64,000 bases of DNA from a virus (taxonomy: Duplodnaviria > Caudoviricetes), in the IMG/VR virus record IMGVR_UViG_3300031994_000039, positions 1 through 64,000 of that record; one strand, given 5' to 3'. This document shows, in pieces, positions 19,825 to 31,299 of the stretch. Position 1 is the first letter of the stretch; every line of letters starts with the position of its first letter. The position numbers and the translations under genes are program-made. The notes under the pieces are model-generated. The model was given only the letters and a program-made list of their open reading frames with translations. It ran no database searches and was not told where the DNA came from.

Positions 19825-21787
19825 TTATAAAACATATGTATCAAAAGCCTGGTTTATGTTCTCTCCGAATTCATTGAACTCGTCAGTACCAACTACCACT
19901 TTTGCATATATTACTTCTCTCTGCAACAAGATAAAATCAGCTATGAGTTCAACTAATGATTCATAATAACCATATGATTTATCTACATTATGTGACTCGT
20001 TTGCACGCGAGTATCCGTTACATTCAGCATAACTGAACTTTCTTCATTGCTTCTCAGTGTTCGCTTTTGCCGAAGCTACTTGCGTTTGTATAACACTCCA
20101 CAATATTCGAGGATGTAACGATTTCCCCATAGACTGTAATTCGTTTCAGTGAACTACATATCTTTCTAAGTTTAAAGCTGCATTAAAGTCACGACCAATA
20201 ACTAAACCACATTCAGAACAAATATAAGTACGGTCTTTAAGTTTTAGGCCTTTCTTAATATGACCGCAGCAACTACAAGTCTTACTTGACGGATAGAATC
20301 TATCAGCAAACTGAATCTTAATTCCTTTTGTTTCGCACTTATATTCCATCTGTCTGCGGAACTCATAGAAGTTCTGTTCTGCTATAGCTCTTGCAAGATG
20401 TCTGTTCTTCATCATACCGTTCACATTTAAATCTTCCATTGTTATTACTTCAGGACATAATTCTGTAAGTTTGTGTGTTGTTTGATGAATATAGTTTAAT
20501 CTTATATTCGCAAGATGATAGTTAATTTCTTTTATCTGTGCTTCAGTTCCGAGTATGGCTTTTGTTTTTTCATAATTGCCGTTCGTTCTGTATTTTCTTG
20601 AAACTTTTCTTTGAAGGTGTTTCAATTTATGTTTTAAAGTACGAACCCGTTTGCTCTTATTTATATTATGAAAATTCATTTGCTCACCATCAACTGAGAC
20701 GACAGCTAATTCTTTAATGCCCAGATCAATTCCTATTTTCCCTTTATATTCTGTATGAACTGTTTGGTTCTCGCATTCCATACCGAAAGAAAGGATCCAT
20801 TTCCCATTCTCAAAAGATATTCTTGGGTTAGTAAATTTAGCTACTCCCCTTCCTAAAGGAATAGGTTTTGATGATTTATATTTAACATGACCGAGTTTTT
20901 GTATCTGTATATAGTCTTCTGTAAAATAAAAGCGATCTGAACAAATAGGATATGATGCCTTACTCTTTCTTTTACTTTTGAATATAGGAAACTTTGCAAT
21001 CTTCTTAAAGAAATTCTGATATGCCTGGTTTAAATCAGAGCAAATGATTTGAAGAGTGGTATTTGAAATTTCGTTAAGAAATTTATATTCTTCCTGTTTC
21101 TTTAACGGAGTGAGTAACTTTATCATATCAAATCTTGATAGATATTTCTCACCGTTTTCTCTTCTCTTAATCTGTTCTGCAAGCATATAGTTCCATATAA
21201 ACCTTGCACAACCTATATGTTTCCTTGCAAGTATTTCCTGCTCGTCTGTTAAATACAATCTTACCTTTAAACTTCTTATCATTACATTCACCTCCGTTCA
21301 GTGAATTAGGGACGCTACTCCCTTGCCGGTTCTTTCAGAACTCCTCTATCTTTCAATAGAGCGTAGACTATATCTTTACCCTGATTCCGTTTCAGGGGCA
21401 CACCACTTCGAGCGCCAATCGCTTGCACTCTACTCCTATAAAAGGATAGTCGTTGAAAGTTCCTCTGTTCGAGGCTTCTTTGCTGATTGCCAATTAAAAG
21501 TAACGTTTAGGATTTAACCTTGCGTCATCAATACATTTCTTTCTACTTTCGTCACCGTCACGCTTAGACTTGTTTCATTCTTACGTTGTGGTATGTATTG
21601 CTTTATGGGTTTCCAGCTATTCAATGTGTTATTTATCGAACACCTTTAGTAACTTTTAAAATCTTACTTAATTCAATTGTATCAACTTACAATTAAAAGT
21701 CAAGTATGATATTAAAATTATTTTCAGTGAACGGAGACTATAATATTATCTATCTACTGATAGCAGATAGTGTATTTCTAATCTCAT
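19825..21787 (-). CDS. 43-aa gene interrupted by the IStron (exons 21787-21752 and 19920-19825)
   Basis: Joining the exons gives MRLEIHYLLSVD-REVIYAKVVVGTDEFNEFGENINQAFDTYVL*; AAGGA RBS upstream. Confidence 0.55.
19921..20145 (-). ncRNA. Putative TnpB omega-RNA scaffold (element right end)
   Basis: Hairpin-rich non-coding segment between the tnpB stop and the element end; its position matches known omega-RNAs. Confidence 0.6.
20146..21291 (-). CDS. tnpB: TnpB RNA-guided endonuclease
   Basis: HTH N-terminus; RuvC GIDLG, MEDL and DFNAALN motifs; zinc finger SSKTCSCCG...CSECG. Confidence 0.95.
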   Translation of the reverse strand: MNVMIRSLKVRLYLTDEQEILARKHIGCARFIWNYMLAEQIKRRENGEKYLSRFDMIKLLTPLKKQEEYKFLNEISNTTLQIICSDLNQAYQNFFKKIAKFPIFKSKRKSKASYPICSDRFYFTEDYIQIQKLGHVKYKSSKPIPLGRGVAKFTNPRISFENGKWILSFGMECENQTVHTEYKGKIGIDLGIKELAVVSVDGEQMNFHNINKSKRVRTLKHKLKHLQRKVSRKYRTNGNYEKTKAILGTEAQIKEINYHLANIRLNYIHQTTHKLTELCPEVITMEDLNVNGMMKNRHLARAIAEQNFYEFRRQMEYKCETKGIKIQFADRFYPSSKTCSCCGHIKKGLKLKDRTYICSECGLVIGRDFNAALNLERYVVH

Positions 21788-21798
21788 ATACCATTCCT

Positions 21799-22257
21799 TC
21801 AACCCCTATCTATAGCTTCAACTCTGGTCTTAACTGCCTTCAAGACCATATCATAAAATTCGTTAACAGAAATCTCTGTATATTTATCGCTCACAAAAGC
21901 TGTATACACATCTGCCGAATTACATGCAGTTGAGAAGACTGTATCGTTCTCCACATAAACCTCTGTGTTGTTATGATTCTCGGCGCACGAAGCTATAACC
22001 GCCGGGATCTGATATGGATTGAAGCTGCACTCTCCGGTCATCATATAACTTGGCTCTGGAACGCCGCTTATTATAAAACATTTCTCTTGAACCTTGTTGT
22101 TGTATTTAAAAGCCTTACCAACCAAGCAGGATAGTTTATCCTGTTGGTACTTTATAGCTTCTCTGCGAAGATCTTTCATCTGAGTTTTCTTTCGCTCGAT
22201 TTCTTTACCGAGCTCATGAATCTTATCAGAAATCTTAGAGTATTCTTCTTCAGTCAT
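21799..22257 (-). CDS. Hypothetical protein
   Basis: AGGAGG RBS; 152 aa. Confidence 0.65.
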   Translation of the reverse strand: MTEEEYSKISDKIHELGKEIERKKTQMKDLRREAIKYQQDKLSCLVGKAFKYNNKVQEKCFIISGVPEPSYMMTGECSFNPYQIPAVIASCAENHNNTEVYVENDTVFSTACNSADVYTAFVSDKYTEISVNEFYDMVLKAVKTRVEAIDRG

Positions 22258-22864
22258 CCATATCCCTCCTTCGCATAACTGGCCGCCAGAAATATCCTAT
22301 AACTATAGGCGGCATCTCGCCCTCAACATACTTAAGAGAGTCCACGACAATATGATCTATCGCATCGTCAATATTATCTGTATCCTCAAGTTCATCTATT
22401 GGATAAGCAATCGGCATACACCCTCCACCTATTACTGACGCTAAAAGTATCTTGTTGCCTGCATAGTTTAATTTTGAGACAGTCCACCAATCTTCAATGT
22501 CAGACCGGATACAGAATACCGCAAAGTTATTATCCGGCATTTCCTTTATAAAGTTGATGAAGTTATCAAGTGTACTCTCGGCACAAGGCATTGGCGGAAC
22601 TATTGAGCAAATAAACGTGCTTAGTTTGATTCCGAGCTCTTCAGCGATCTCGTCGGTTGTCTTTTCATAGGTAATGTTTACCCATTCAGGAACCGTCATA
22701 AAAATTCCCGAATGAATCCACGGACTACAGCCACCGCCATACCTTGATATACCATACTTGCAAGCACGATTTAAAATCATATCGCCATTATCGAGTCCGA
22801 TGTCTACTATACATTTTGTAGACTGGTGATAGACTACTTCGTATTTCTCATTTCTGTCATTCAT
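22250..22864 (-). CDS. Hypothetical protein
   Basis: AAGGAG RBS before MNDRNEK. Confidence 0.6.
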   Translation of the reverse strand: MNDRNEKYEVVYHQSTKCIVDIGLDNGDMILNRACKYGISRYGGGCSPWIHSGIFMTVPEWVNITYEKTTDEIAEELGIKLSTFICSIVPPMPCAESTLDNFINFIKEMPDNNFAVFCIRSDIEDWWTVSKLNYAGNKILLASVIGGGCMPIAYPIDELEDTDNIDDAIDHIVVDSLKYVEGEMPPIVIGYFWRPVMRRRDMDD

Positions 22865-23120
22865 GGTCAATCTCCTTAAAAAATCTGTATGAAATCGCAC
22901 TTTTATATGCAAATTAGTGTCCTATTTCATACTAAAACGTCCTAAAACGTCCTAAAAATTTTAAGAATATGAGACTCAAAGTGTAAGAGAATAATAACTA
23001 AATTTGCCTCATATTCTTACACTGAAAGTTGTATTTTAAATAGCCCCTAACTCACGTATCTATGCGGGTTAGAGGCTATTCTTTTTTCAAACAGTAAAAC
23101 CGTGTATTTTTTTGTTACTT

Positions 23121-25035
23121 TTAGTACCAAGAATCAGGCATATTATGAGCGACCGGATTACATTTCTTATACCAAGGACATTTTTTACACCCAGGGGCTG
23201 TGGTTCTTTTCTTACATCCCCGATAAATCATACGGAAAGGATTTTCTCTCCAATGTTTTAACTCCCGCATAAGGTCGAGCATATCTGCTTTACACTGATT
23301 ACACTCATAATCCTCTGATACTTCACTAAGCCGCTTAATTGCATTATCAAGTTTGTCTGCCTTGCGCATTGTACTCCTAATCCCAGCCATTCACTCACGC
23401 TCCTTAATTCATTCCTTTACTATCTCACATTCAAGCGGATTTAACCCTTTTGCCATACATAAGAGCCATTTCTCAGCTTCACTCCATGGCATACCTTTAC
23501 CGCCTGAAGTAAAGAACCCTTCGTTATACTTCTTATTATTTCTGATTGCGAAAGCTCCAGCCAACATAGCAAGTTTCAGCGTTTCATCTTTAAGCATTTC
23601 ATCATAATTCATATGGATCTTCACCTCAGTCTTTTACTGTAACAAAAAAATCATCGTACTCGCTCCATACCTGTACCTTACCACTATGGTAAACAAGTTC
23701 GATTGCCTCGCTTGATGGGATAGGTCTGAAGAAGGAGATTTTGCCCATCAGGTTTTCATGTTCATCAATAAAAGCAAAGCAGGTTAGAACGAATTTCATC
23801 AGGGCTTTTCTCGCCTTCCTCATATTATCATCCCCTACCGTATAGCTTACTATATCTTTCAAGTATCTGCTTTAATGCTTCGTGTACTTCTGCTTGATTA
23901 TGCATACGAGTGTTTCTTATGTACTCCTTGATAGTTCTTACATCCGCCGACTCCTCCAGGTATTGATCGCAGGTTTGCACCCACATATCACCGTAATGAA
24001 TAAAATGGTCATCAAGTTTGCATCGGCTTTCATTTCTAAACATACAGCTTATGCAAGCTATTTCCGGATGATCGCCTTCGACGTATTCAATCTTCATAAT
24101 AATCACTCGCCTCAAAATATGTGTCAAGCATTTTCTGCGCTGCCTGAAGCTGTGACCATATCTCTCCGATTTCCGCAGAAGAAATCTGTTCAAACAATCT
24201 CGCCCCACATGAATGAAGCTCATATCCTTCGTCGTCAAGGCGGAACCAGGCAATTACAAAATGACTTTGTTTTGTTTCGTCGGAGTATTTGATCAGCTCG
24301 ATAGGGCAGTCTTTTCTTATTGGAGAATTCTTATTGTTATAATCACGATGAACTGTCTTTACTGCGTATAGTCCGAACTCCCAATTGAAGTTAAGGTGTG
24401 TATTCATTATTATTCACCTTCTTAGCTTTTATCCTCTTGCGAACATGACGCTTGTAGCAATGCAAACACACATGTATTTTTTCAGTTGCTCGTCTCTGAC
24501 CATCAGGCGATGTTAGTATAAACCACATACGGGCCCATTCGTTCGGCAAACCTGGGATTGCTTTGCGAATTTTCGGACCTTTAATTTCCTCATGTTTGCC
24601 GCATATATCGCATTCGTAAACTAAAACACTTCTAATCATTTACTTACCTCACCTTCATCCGAATAACGCTGTTTGAGATATCGTGTAATGGAAAGGCACA
24701 GTATCGAACCTTTCCATCCACAGTTAATACACTCTTCATTACATTCACATTTTCTGCGAAGAAGCAATGCAAGAGTAGCATCGAGTTCCTCTTCAGTCAT
24801 GTTTTTTATTAAATCCTGTGTCAGAGTCATTTTGAACATCCTTCTTTACTCTGGAAACTACGGCATGGCATATGAACTGCGAGAATATAGCAACGCCGTA
24901 ACTCATTCCGTCTAGGAGCGTTCTAATATTTTCATTATCTTGAAAGAAAATAAGATTAATCGCAGTAATAAATGTTATACATATTATGGTTAATATGAAT
25001 GCATAGGTTCCTGGATTATTTTTGTTAATCTTCAT
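23121..25035 (-). other. Run of about 8 small hypothetical CDSs (23121-23390, 23409-23624, 23626-23862, ~23828-24097, 24087-24407, 24391-24639, 24636-24839, 24793-25035)
   Basis: Tightly packed, overlapping minus-strand ORFs with RBSs; several are Cys-rich. Confidence 0.55.
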
Positions 25036-25047
25036 TGTATCATTCCT

Positions 25048-25962
25048 TTATACCACATAAATTCTCAAGCCATAAAGCCTTCCAGTATACTGGAATGGGC
25101 AGTTATATCCAGACTCATAATAGAAGTCGATAGTATAAGTTACCCACGATGCTGTCGAGTCATCGAGGTAGTAATAGCCTGTAAGCGCCGGGCAACTATC
25201 GCATTCAATATAAACTGTTGTTCTTCCGTTTCTGTAATAGCCATAGAGATTATACAGAGTTGAACTTGCGATAGATCCCTTCACTTCTGAACCATAGCTA
25301 CAGTCAATTAATGATCTGCCACTTCCACCACACGCACCAATCCATGCCGTATAATAAGTTGCCTGAAACTCTCCTACATAGGTTAGTCCGTCCGAACTTG
25401 GAGCTTCTTCGGCCGGAGCAACATATTCTGCAAAACCTTCACATTCCGGGTTACATTCTGTACAAAGCCTTGCCTCAAGACCTTCAACGGAATCTACACG
25501 ATATGCATCTCCCTTGTTCCATCTGCATGTATTACGGTGAATGTAATATGTGCTTGGCTTATAGACGAGGAACTCCTCTACAGGTTCTACCTTGACTGGC
25601 TCCGGCTCCGGCTCTGGCTGAGGCTCTTCCTGTTTAGGAGCTTCTGTTTCAGGAGCATTTGTTTCTGGTTTCTGTTCTTCCTGAGGTGCTTCAGTTACTA
25701 TAGTTTCCGTTATTGTTTCTGTAGTCGTATCGACTGTTGTAGTAACTGATGTTGTAGATACAGCGGTCGTGCCGCTGGTTGTAATATTCGTTGTTGTGTT
25801 TGTTGTCGTTATTGTTGTTGTTAAAGTTGTTGTTGTCTGTGGTTCTTCGATAAAATCATCCTCGCCTGCTTTAGGTGGGTGATTTAAGAATACAATTGCT
25901 GCTGTGATAAGAATAAATATAAGGGCACAAAGCCCGACATCTGTCTTGTGTTCAAAATTCAT
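25048..25962 (-). CDS. Membrane-anchored secreted protein with Thr/Glu-Pro stalk and C-terminal 3D/DPBB-like domain
   Basis: N-terminal TM, Thr-rich tract, EP repeats, H..C...C..C motif, then VGEFQATYY...LDD...IDFY. Confidence 0.6.
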   Translation of the reverse strand: MNFEHKTDVGLCALIFILITAAIVFLNHPPKAGEDDFIEEPQTTTTLTTTITTTNTTTNITTSGTTAVSTTSVTTTVDTTTETITETIVTEAPQEEQKPETNAPETEAPKQEEPQPEPEPEPVKVEPVEEFLVYKPSTYYIHRNTCRWNKGDAYRVDSVEGLEARLCTECNPECEGFAEYVAPAEEAPSSDGLTYVGEFQATYYTAWIGACGGSGRSLIDCSYGSEVKGSIASSTLYNLYGYYRNGRTTVYIECDSCPALTGYYYLDDSTASWVTYTIDFYYESGYNCPFQYTGRLYGLRIYVV

Positions 25963-26036
25963 TTTAATCGTCTTCCTTTCTTTTGTTCGTTGTCACATTT
26001 TTCTCTGTTTTTTAGGGGTGTTTTGTCACGTTTTTC

Positions 26037-29000
26037 TTAATATATATGTCTGTATGATGTTAGCGTGAAGTAAGGTCCTTCTCTACTGAACCCAGTGCAA
26101 AGGATAATATCATTCTCCTTAATCGGATCCTGGTTATATACCTTGTTGAACACAGTAAACCTCGCTTCTTTGCCGCTTCCGATAGACTTGGTTATGATAC
26201 TGTAACCAAAATGAGCGTTGTCCTTCTTGCGATGGAGTGGGTAAATCGCCTGAACTAACAGCTTCGGTCTATCTTCTTCTTTTCCAGAGATGTAGCCCGC
26301 ATACCCCATGTACTCTTTGAAATTCTGTACCTTCAGAATATCGCTGAGGTCTTCCATTCCGGCTCCCTTGATAGCTTTTTCATAAGCTTCAAGTAAACCA
26401 TCCATGTCAAGTATGGTATAGCTCTTTGCAGGAGTTCCTGCTTTGGTTGTGTCACTGGAATACTGTTTGATTATTGCTTCAGCTGCAGAACCTCCGACCT
26501 TGGCTTTGCTGATTTTGCTTGCCTCACCTCTATTAAAGAGGTTGTAGTAAGCATCTTCGATTCTCAATAGCTCACGCTGATTGCCGAACTCAGAAAAGAA
26601 ATCTATCTTGATTAAGATTTCTATCTGCCTTGTGTCGATTGGTGTGTTCTTTAGATCCTGAAGCACGGACATAAATGATTTATGCTCCTTTTCATGGGCT
26701 AGTTTATATAGCATGTCACAGGTTTTACCGTTCATATATTTTACAGAGCCTAACCCCTTGCTTATCGTGTTGCGTTCGGAGTCATAGAAATACTCTGAAC
26801 GAGCCACTCCCCACTTCGGAGAAGTAACTTCTATGCCTACTTGTTTGGCGTACTTTGTACCATTCTTAATATCATCTTCGTTCGCTGCATTATTCAGATA
26901 AGATGTCATGAATTCGAGCGGATGATAATACCGGTAATATGCACAAAGATACCCTAATAAACAGTATGCAATGGAATGGTTATCATTCCTCCTGTTATTT
27001 CTAACAGCACAGACTATATCTTCAATGCAGATCCTGTTACCAGACCTACAAAGCTATGCGCTTCGGGATTCCTCCCTACTCTACTCGCTTCTTCACCTAA
27101 CTATTTCTGTTAGGCTATGCTTTCGATAGTCGTTACACCTTCGGTGCTTGGCACGGTATTGCCATATCCATTTCTGGACGTAGGTTCTCTTACCACCTTA
27201 GCCTTTCGACTTAGTTGACCGTTTTCACATAGTTTTACTTGGGCAAACCATTCACCCAAATTGATATGAGGCAGAATCTTCAAGGATCTGAACAAATTCC
27301 TTAACTTCTTGCTCCGCTATTTCTCTCGGTTGATTTGACTTAGAACAATAACCTTCAATTATATCTGGCATTGCTTTATCAAGACGATCCCTGTCTTTAC
27401 GACCCACAGCCCTGCGGATATTATCCGAATCACTTCCAGATAATCCGCATATTTGTTGGAGAAAAGCTATCGTCTGTTCCTGGTACAAAAGGTAGCCATA
27501 TTCATTTTCAAATAGTTTATCTATCATTGGCGAGCAATTCTTGTGTATCTTCCTATCAAGTAATTCATCTCTATAAGATGCTCCAGATGGTCTGATACAA
27601 GCCGTGACAAGACTCATGTCAAAAATATTTTTACATTTGAACTTCTGAAGACACTGAAAAGCATAAGCCGATTCCATTTGGAAAATTCCTATTGGACTTG
27701 TCGTCATACTTTCCCAAACTTTTTCGTCTTCCCAGTCTATCTCATATGTTTTCGGATACGGATTTCCTATGTAATTACAGGTATCTCTAATAACCTGTAC
27801 AGTTTTTAACACAAGAAAATCATACTTAGCAAGCCCAGTATAATCATGAATGTTTTCCATATCTAACAGCAAACATTCGTCCCCGTCCTTGTCAAATGTA
27901 CCGAAATGATCATATAAAGTAATAGGACTGATTACCATTCCCGCCGGATGAACCGACTGAGATACCTTAACCGAAGCCAAACCATCATAATAATAGAACA
28001 ATTCCTTGTATTTCTTCCTTGCCTTCTCTTCGTCAGCCTCAAACTCGCTCTTGATTACCTTTACTCTTGGTATTGAATAAGGATTATCTTCCTTTTCCGC
28101 ACCAGGGTGCTCTCTTTCCCACTGTTTTGCAAAGTATCTACCAATACCATCAATAACTGCTTTTGACTGCATAGTTCCGAACGAAGCAACCCTCGCCGTT
28201 TTCTCTTTTCCGAACCTGTCAATAATATATTTGAATATCGCAGGTCGGTCTGATTCAATGCAGTCTATATCGATGTCACCAATTTCAAGCCTGTCTTCGT
28301 TACAAAAGCGTGAGAACACCGTCTTCCACGTTTCTGGATTCAAATCTATAATATCTGTAACGTAAGCAATCCTTGACCCACCAACAGAACCTCTCGCAGT
28401 TCCTATGGCAATGTTATGTTCCTTACACCAGCAGATAATTTCACTCATAGAGAGCATGAACCCAGTCATTTTGAGCTTACGGAATACTCGCATTTCCTCT
28501 TCGATAGCATCCCGGAAACCCTGCTCCTGTTCCGGCGGAATGATCCCCGCCTTTAACTTCTCTTCGAACATCCTGTCAACTCTCTCCGAGAAAATCCGGT
28601 CGTCTTCCTCTCTCGTGCCATACATAATCGGATACTTTATGGTGACATCGAGGTCGAAATCCTCAACCATATCATACAGCAAGTTCGTGTTTTCTATTGC
28701 CTGCATATATTCTTCTTCTGGAAGAGCGTTCTGCTCCTTAAAAGCCTCGACCAATTCATCATAGGTCTTAAACGACAGGTCGAATTCATCCTCGTTATCG
28801 AATGTAATACCTTTCATACCCATCAGAACCGCTCTGCACTCCTGCTTGTACTTACTGGAAGAGTGAGTGTCGGTTCCAGCGATCAAGGGCTTGTTAATTT
28901 CCTTAGATAGGGCTAACAAATCCTTGTTAAACTTAATCTGCTCGTCACAATTATGATACTGAACCTCAAGAAAATCATATTTTTGTGCCAGTTTCATATA

Positions 29001-29456
29001 CCACGGATTATCCTTGGAGATTTTCGCAAGCGGAGAAGCGAGACAAGCGCTCGTCGTGATAATATTGTCCGAAAGATTTACAAATTCCTCGAAGCTAATC
29101 CTGTTTTTGTAGTAGAAATGCTGCTCGTCACAGGACAGCTTAATGAGTTTGTTGATTTCCTTAACGCCTTCATAATTTTTGGCCATCAAAACCGTATGAT
29201 AGTTATCTCTGACCTTCTCTTCGAGCGTTTCAGTAAGATAAATCTCGACCGAATGGATATACCTGAGCCCGGCTTCTTTACAAGCGGCCCATTTTTCCGT
29301 CCAGTTTAATGGTTTCCCATGCTCAGAAATGGAAAGAGCTCGCATTCCGTTCTGTTTAGCGAGCTCAATATATTCCTGATACTTTGTACAGCTGTCATTC
29401 AGCGAATAATCTGAATGACAGTGATACATTATATAATTTTTCTCCAAAATCCTCAC
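26037..29456 (-). CDS. dnaE: DNA polymerase III alpha subunit, spliced (exon 1 29456-27254, exon 2 26983-26037)
   Basis: PHP domain (HCHSDYS..D), ARGSVGGS, DIDID; splicing restores SYQFG-Y-NHSIAY. Confidence 0.93.
26984..27253 (-). mobile_element. Group I intron in dnaE (270 nt, no homing endonuclease)
   Basis: Exon TTGGGT pairs with GCCCAA (P1, U.G at the splice site); TGTAACGACTA (R) and GAAGATATAGTCT (S); terminal G; frame restored. Confidence 0.9.
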
Positions 29457-29734
29457 CCCTCAAGATGTAACAGGTATCTAAGGTCTTCAGTAGCAATTTC
29501 CATCGCCTTCTTACTAACCTCGCCTGTTATTTTGAGATTACGGGCACTCTTATAGAGCACCCATAACTCAGTTTTATCTAAATCATCCCTGGTATTCAGG
29601 ATTTTCACCATATGGTTTGCGATTGTATCGCTGGTTGGATCACGGTATGTAACCAATTCAAGGAGCTTGGCGGTATTCACTGCTAAAGCGCAGAAAAAAT
29701 CCTTGTTCTCGGTTTTACTTGACATACTACTCAC
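29453..29734 (-). CDS. Hypothetical protein
   Basis: Overlaps both neighbours in operon fashion. Confidence 0.55.
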   Translation of the reverse strand: MSSMSSKTENKDFFCALAVNTAKLLELVTYRDPTSDTIANHMVKILNTRDDLDKTELWVLYKSARNLKITGEVSKKAMEIATEDLRYLLHLEG

Positions 29735-29934
29735 CGCCTTTTTCTCTTGATGGTCTGATTTCTGACACCAACCACATATTCTTTATGATATTCGTAGGCT
29801 TCCGGATTAACAGCATAGTATACTGTACTAAAAGCACAACCAAAATCAATAGCCGCGCTATGATAGCTCTTGTTTTTCTTATAAAGCTCTACCATAATAC
29901 GCTTTTCCTCAGGTGTATATCGTCTGAACTTCAT
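29731..29934 (-). CDS. Small HTH protein
   Basis: YTPEEKRIMVELY...AAIDFGCAFSTVYY. Confidence 0.65.
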   Translation of the reverse strand: MKFRRYTPEEKRIMVELYKKNKSYHSAAIDFGCAFSTVYYAVNPEAYEYHKEYVVGVRNQTIKRKRR

Positions 29935-29951
29935 GGTTATTCCCCCTAACC

Positions 29952-30950
29952 TTACCTTACCTTTATTTTATTGTGATACAACCTTTCAAACACAGCTTGC
30001 CCTTTGTCTACTGGAGAATCCTTCTTGTCAAGCAAATTATCTTTATCCCAGAAACTTTCCACGTTTACATACCGCTTGAGCGACTGGATATTCCTATCCT
30101 GGAACACATCCACCTCTTTATCAAGCGCAAATACAATCCTCAGACTATACTTAACACTTAATCCTGCCAGCAATTTCATTTGCCCCGGATTTAAATGAGA
30201 TGTGAGTATCGCTCCACAGTTTTTGAACCCGTAACCACGAGCAATCAGAACTGACTTCATTCCCTCGAAGAGAATAATTTCCCTCTTGGCAATAATATCA
30301 TCCATGTTTTCATACAAGCCATAGACAATATTCATTTGCCCGCCCCACTTATTAAAGTAAGTGTACTTACGGATCCCCTTAGCCTTAAAGTTTGGTTCAA
30401 GAGTTCTGCCGCCAATGTTTACGATCTGTCCGCGTTCATTCTTTACTGGATAGACAATGCAGTTTGAAAAGCTATCGTACTTTACACCGAAATATTTCAG
30501 TGCTTCATCAGAAATTCCCTCGTCTCGCCATACCTGATACTTATCCGGTCTATCTTCATAGTGTTCCATATAAGTTTCAGAGAATGAATTTCCTGTGGCT
30601 GGCTTTTTAGTTTCAGCCACAGGCTTAAATCTCTTGCACACTCTGGATGCATCAATTCTGGCGCATTTAAAAGCAGCAACGTCATTAACTCCGAGGATTT
30701 CCTTGAGTTTTAATACAGCTTCGTAAGAACTGATATGAAAATAGTACTTAAGAAATGTGATAGCGTTGCCGCCAACCCCAGAAGAAAAGTCAAAGAACTT
30801 GCCGGTTTCCCTTCTTACTGAAAACGAGGGTGTTTTCTCGTCCTGGAAAGGAGAAAGTCCCCAATACTCTCCTGATTTTTCGGTAAGGTCAACATAGTTA
30901 GATATTAAATCCACTATGTCCACCATCTCAAGTATATCTTCTATTTCCAT
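29952..30950 (-). CDS. dnaG: DNA primase
   Basis: Degenerate zinc-binding domain (SPFQDEKTPSF), GGR, TOPRIM FEG and ALD, KDSPVD. Confidence 0.88.
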   Translation of the reverse strand: MEIEDILEMVDIVDLISNYVDLTEKSGEYWGLSPFQDEKTPSFSVRRETGKFFDFSSGVGGNAITFLKYYFHISSYEAVLKLKEILGVNDVAAFKCARIDASRVCKRFKPVAETKKPATGNSFSETYMEHYEDRPDKYQVWRDEGISDEALKYFGVKYDSFSNCIVYPVKNERGQIVNIGGRTLEPNFKAKGIRKYTYFNKWGGQMNIVYGLYENMDDIIAKREIILFEGMKSVLIARGYGFKNCGAILTSHLNPGQMKLLAGLSVKYSLRIVFALDKEVDVFQDRNIQSLKRYVNVESFWDKDNLLDKKDSPVDKGQAVFERLYHNKIKVR

Positions 30951-30962
30951 AGTTTAAATACC

Positions 30963-31241
30963 TTACTCCAGTTCTTCTTTAATTAAGTTGAATAACAGGT
31001 CGAGAGCCTCAACCGGACCAGCGATCTCAAGTCTTTCATCCATGAGCTCATTTGATCTCTTAACGATCTCGTGGATTCTCTCAACGTGTCTCTGATGCTC
31101 AAGACGGAGCATTTTTAACTCCTCGTCGATTTCCGCACATCTCTTCTTGATATCAGCCTGGTCCTTGGTCTTGAGTTCTTCCTCGAACTTCTGTGCTTCT
31201 TCAAGGTTGTCGAATTCTTTTCCATTAACTACAAATTTCAT
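30963..31241 (-). CDS. Coiled-coil hypothetical protein
   Basis: AAAGGA RBS; 92 aa. Confidence 0.6.
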   Translation of the reverse strand: MKFVVNGKEFDNLEEAQKFEEELKTKDQADIKKRCAEIDEELKMLRLEHQRHVERIHEIVKRSNELMDERLEIAGPVEALDLLFNLIKEELE

Positions 31242-31299
31242 GATTCTAATTCCTTTCTTACTATACTAATGTTCCCGACATTTCTGCCGGGAACATAAA

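Larger units (their letters stand above)
19921..21751 (-). mobile_element. IStron: group I intron fused to a tnpB-only IS607/IS605-like element
   Basis: Intron core at about 21300-21650 (TCAACGACTAT R, AAAGATATAGTCT S), then tnpB, then a structured right end finishing TTGCAG; no tnpA. Confidence 0.82.

Noticed and set aside
25730-25840. GTT-rich tandem repeat as a contingency locus
   Set aside because: It is the imperfect Thr-codon tract of the stalk protein, not a pure repeat.
27252-27254. Stop-codon recoding (TGA in dnaE plus a TCA tRNA)
   Set aside because: The dnaE and nrdD stops are explained exactly by group I introns, and many genes end in TGA with ATGA overlaps.
27110-27295. 61-aa ORF in the dnaE intron as a homing endonuclease
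   Set aside because: No nuclease motif, and it overlaps the exon and the ribozyme core.
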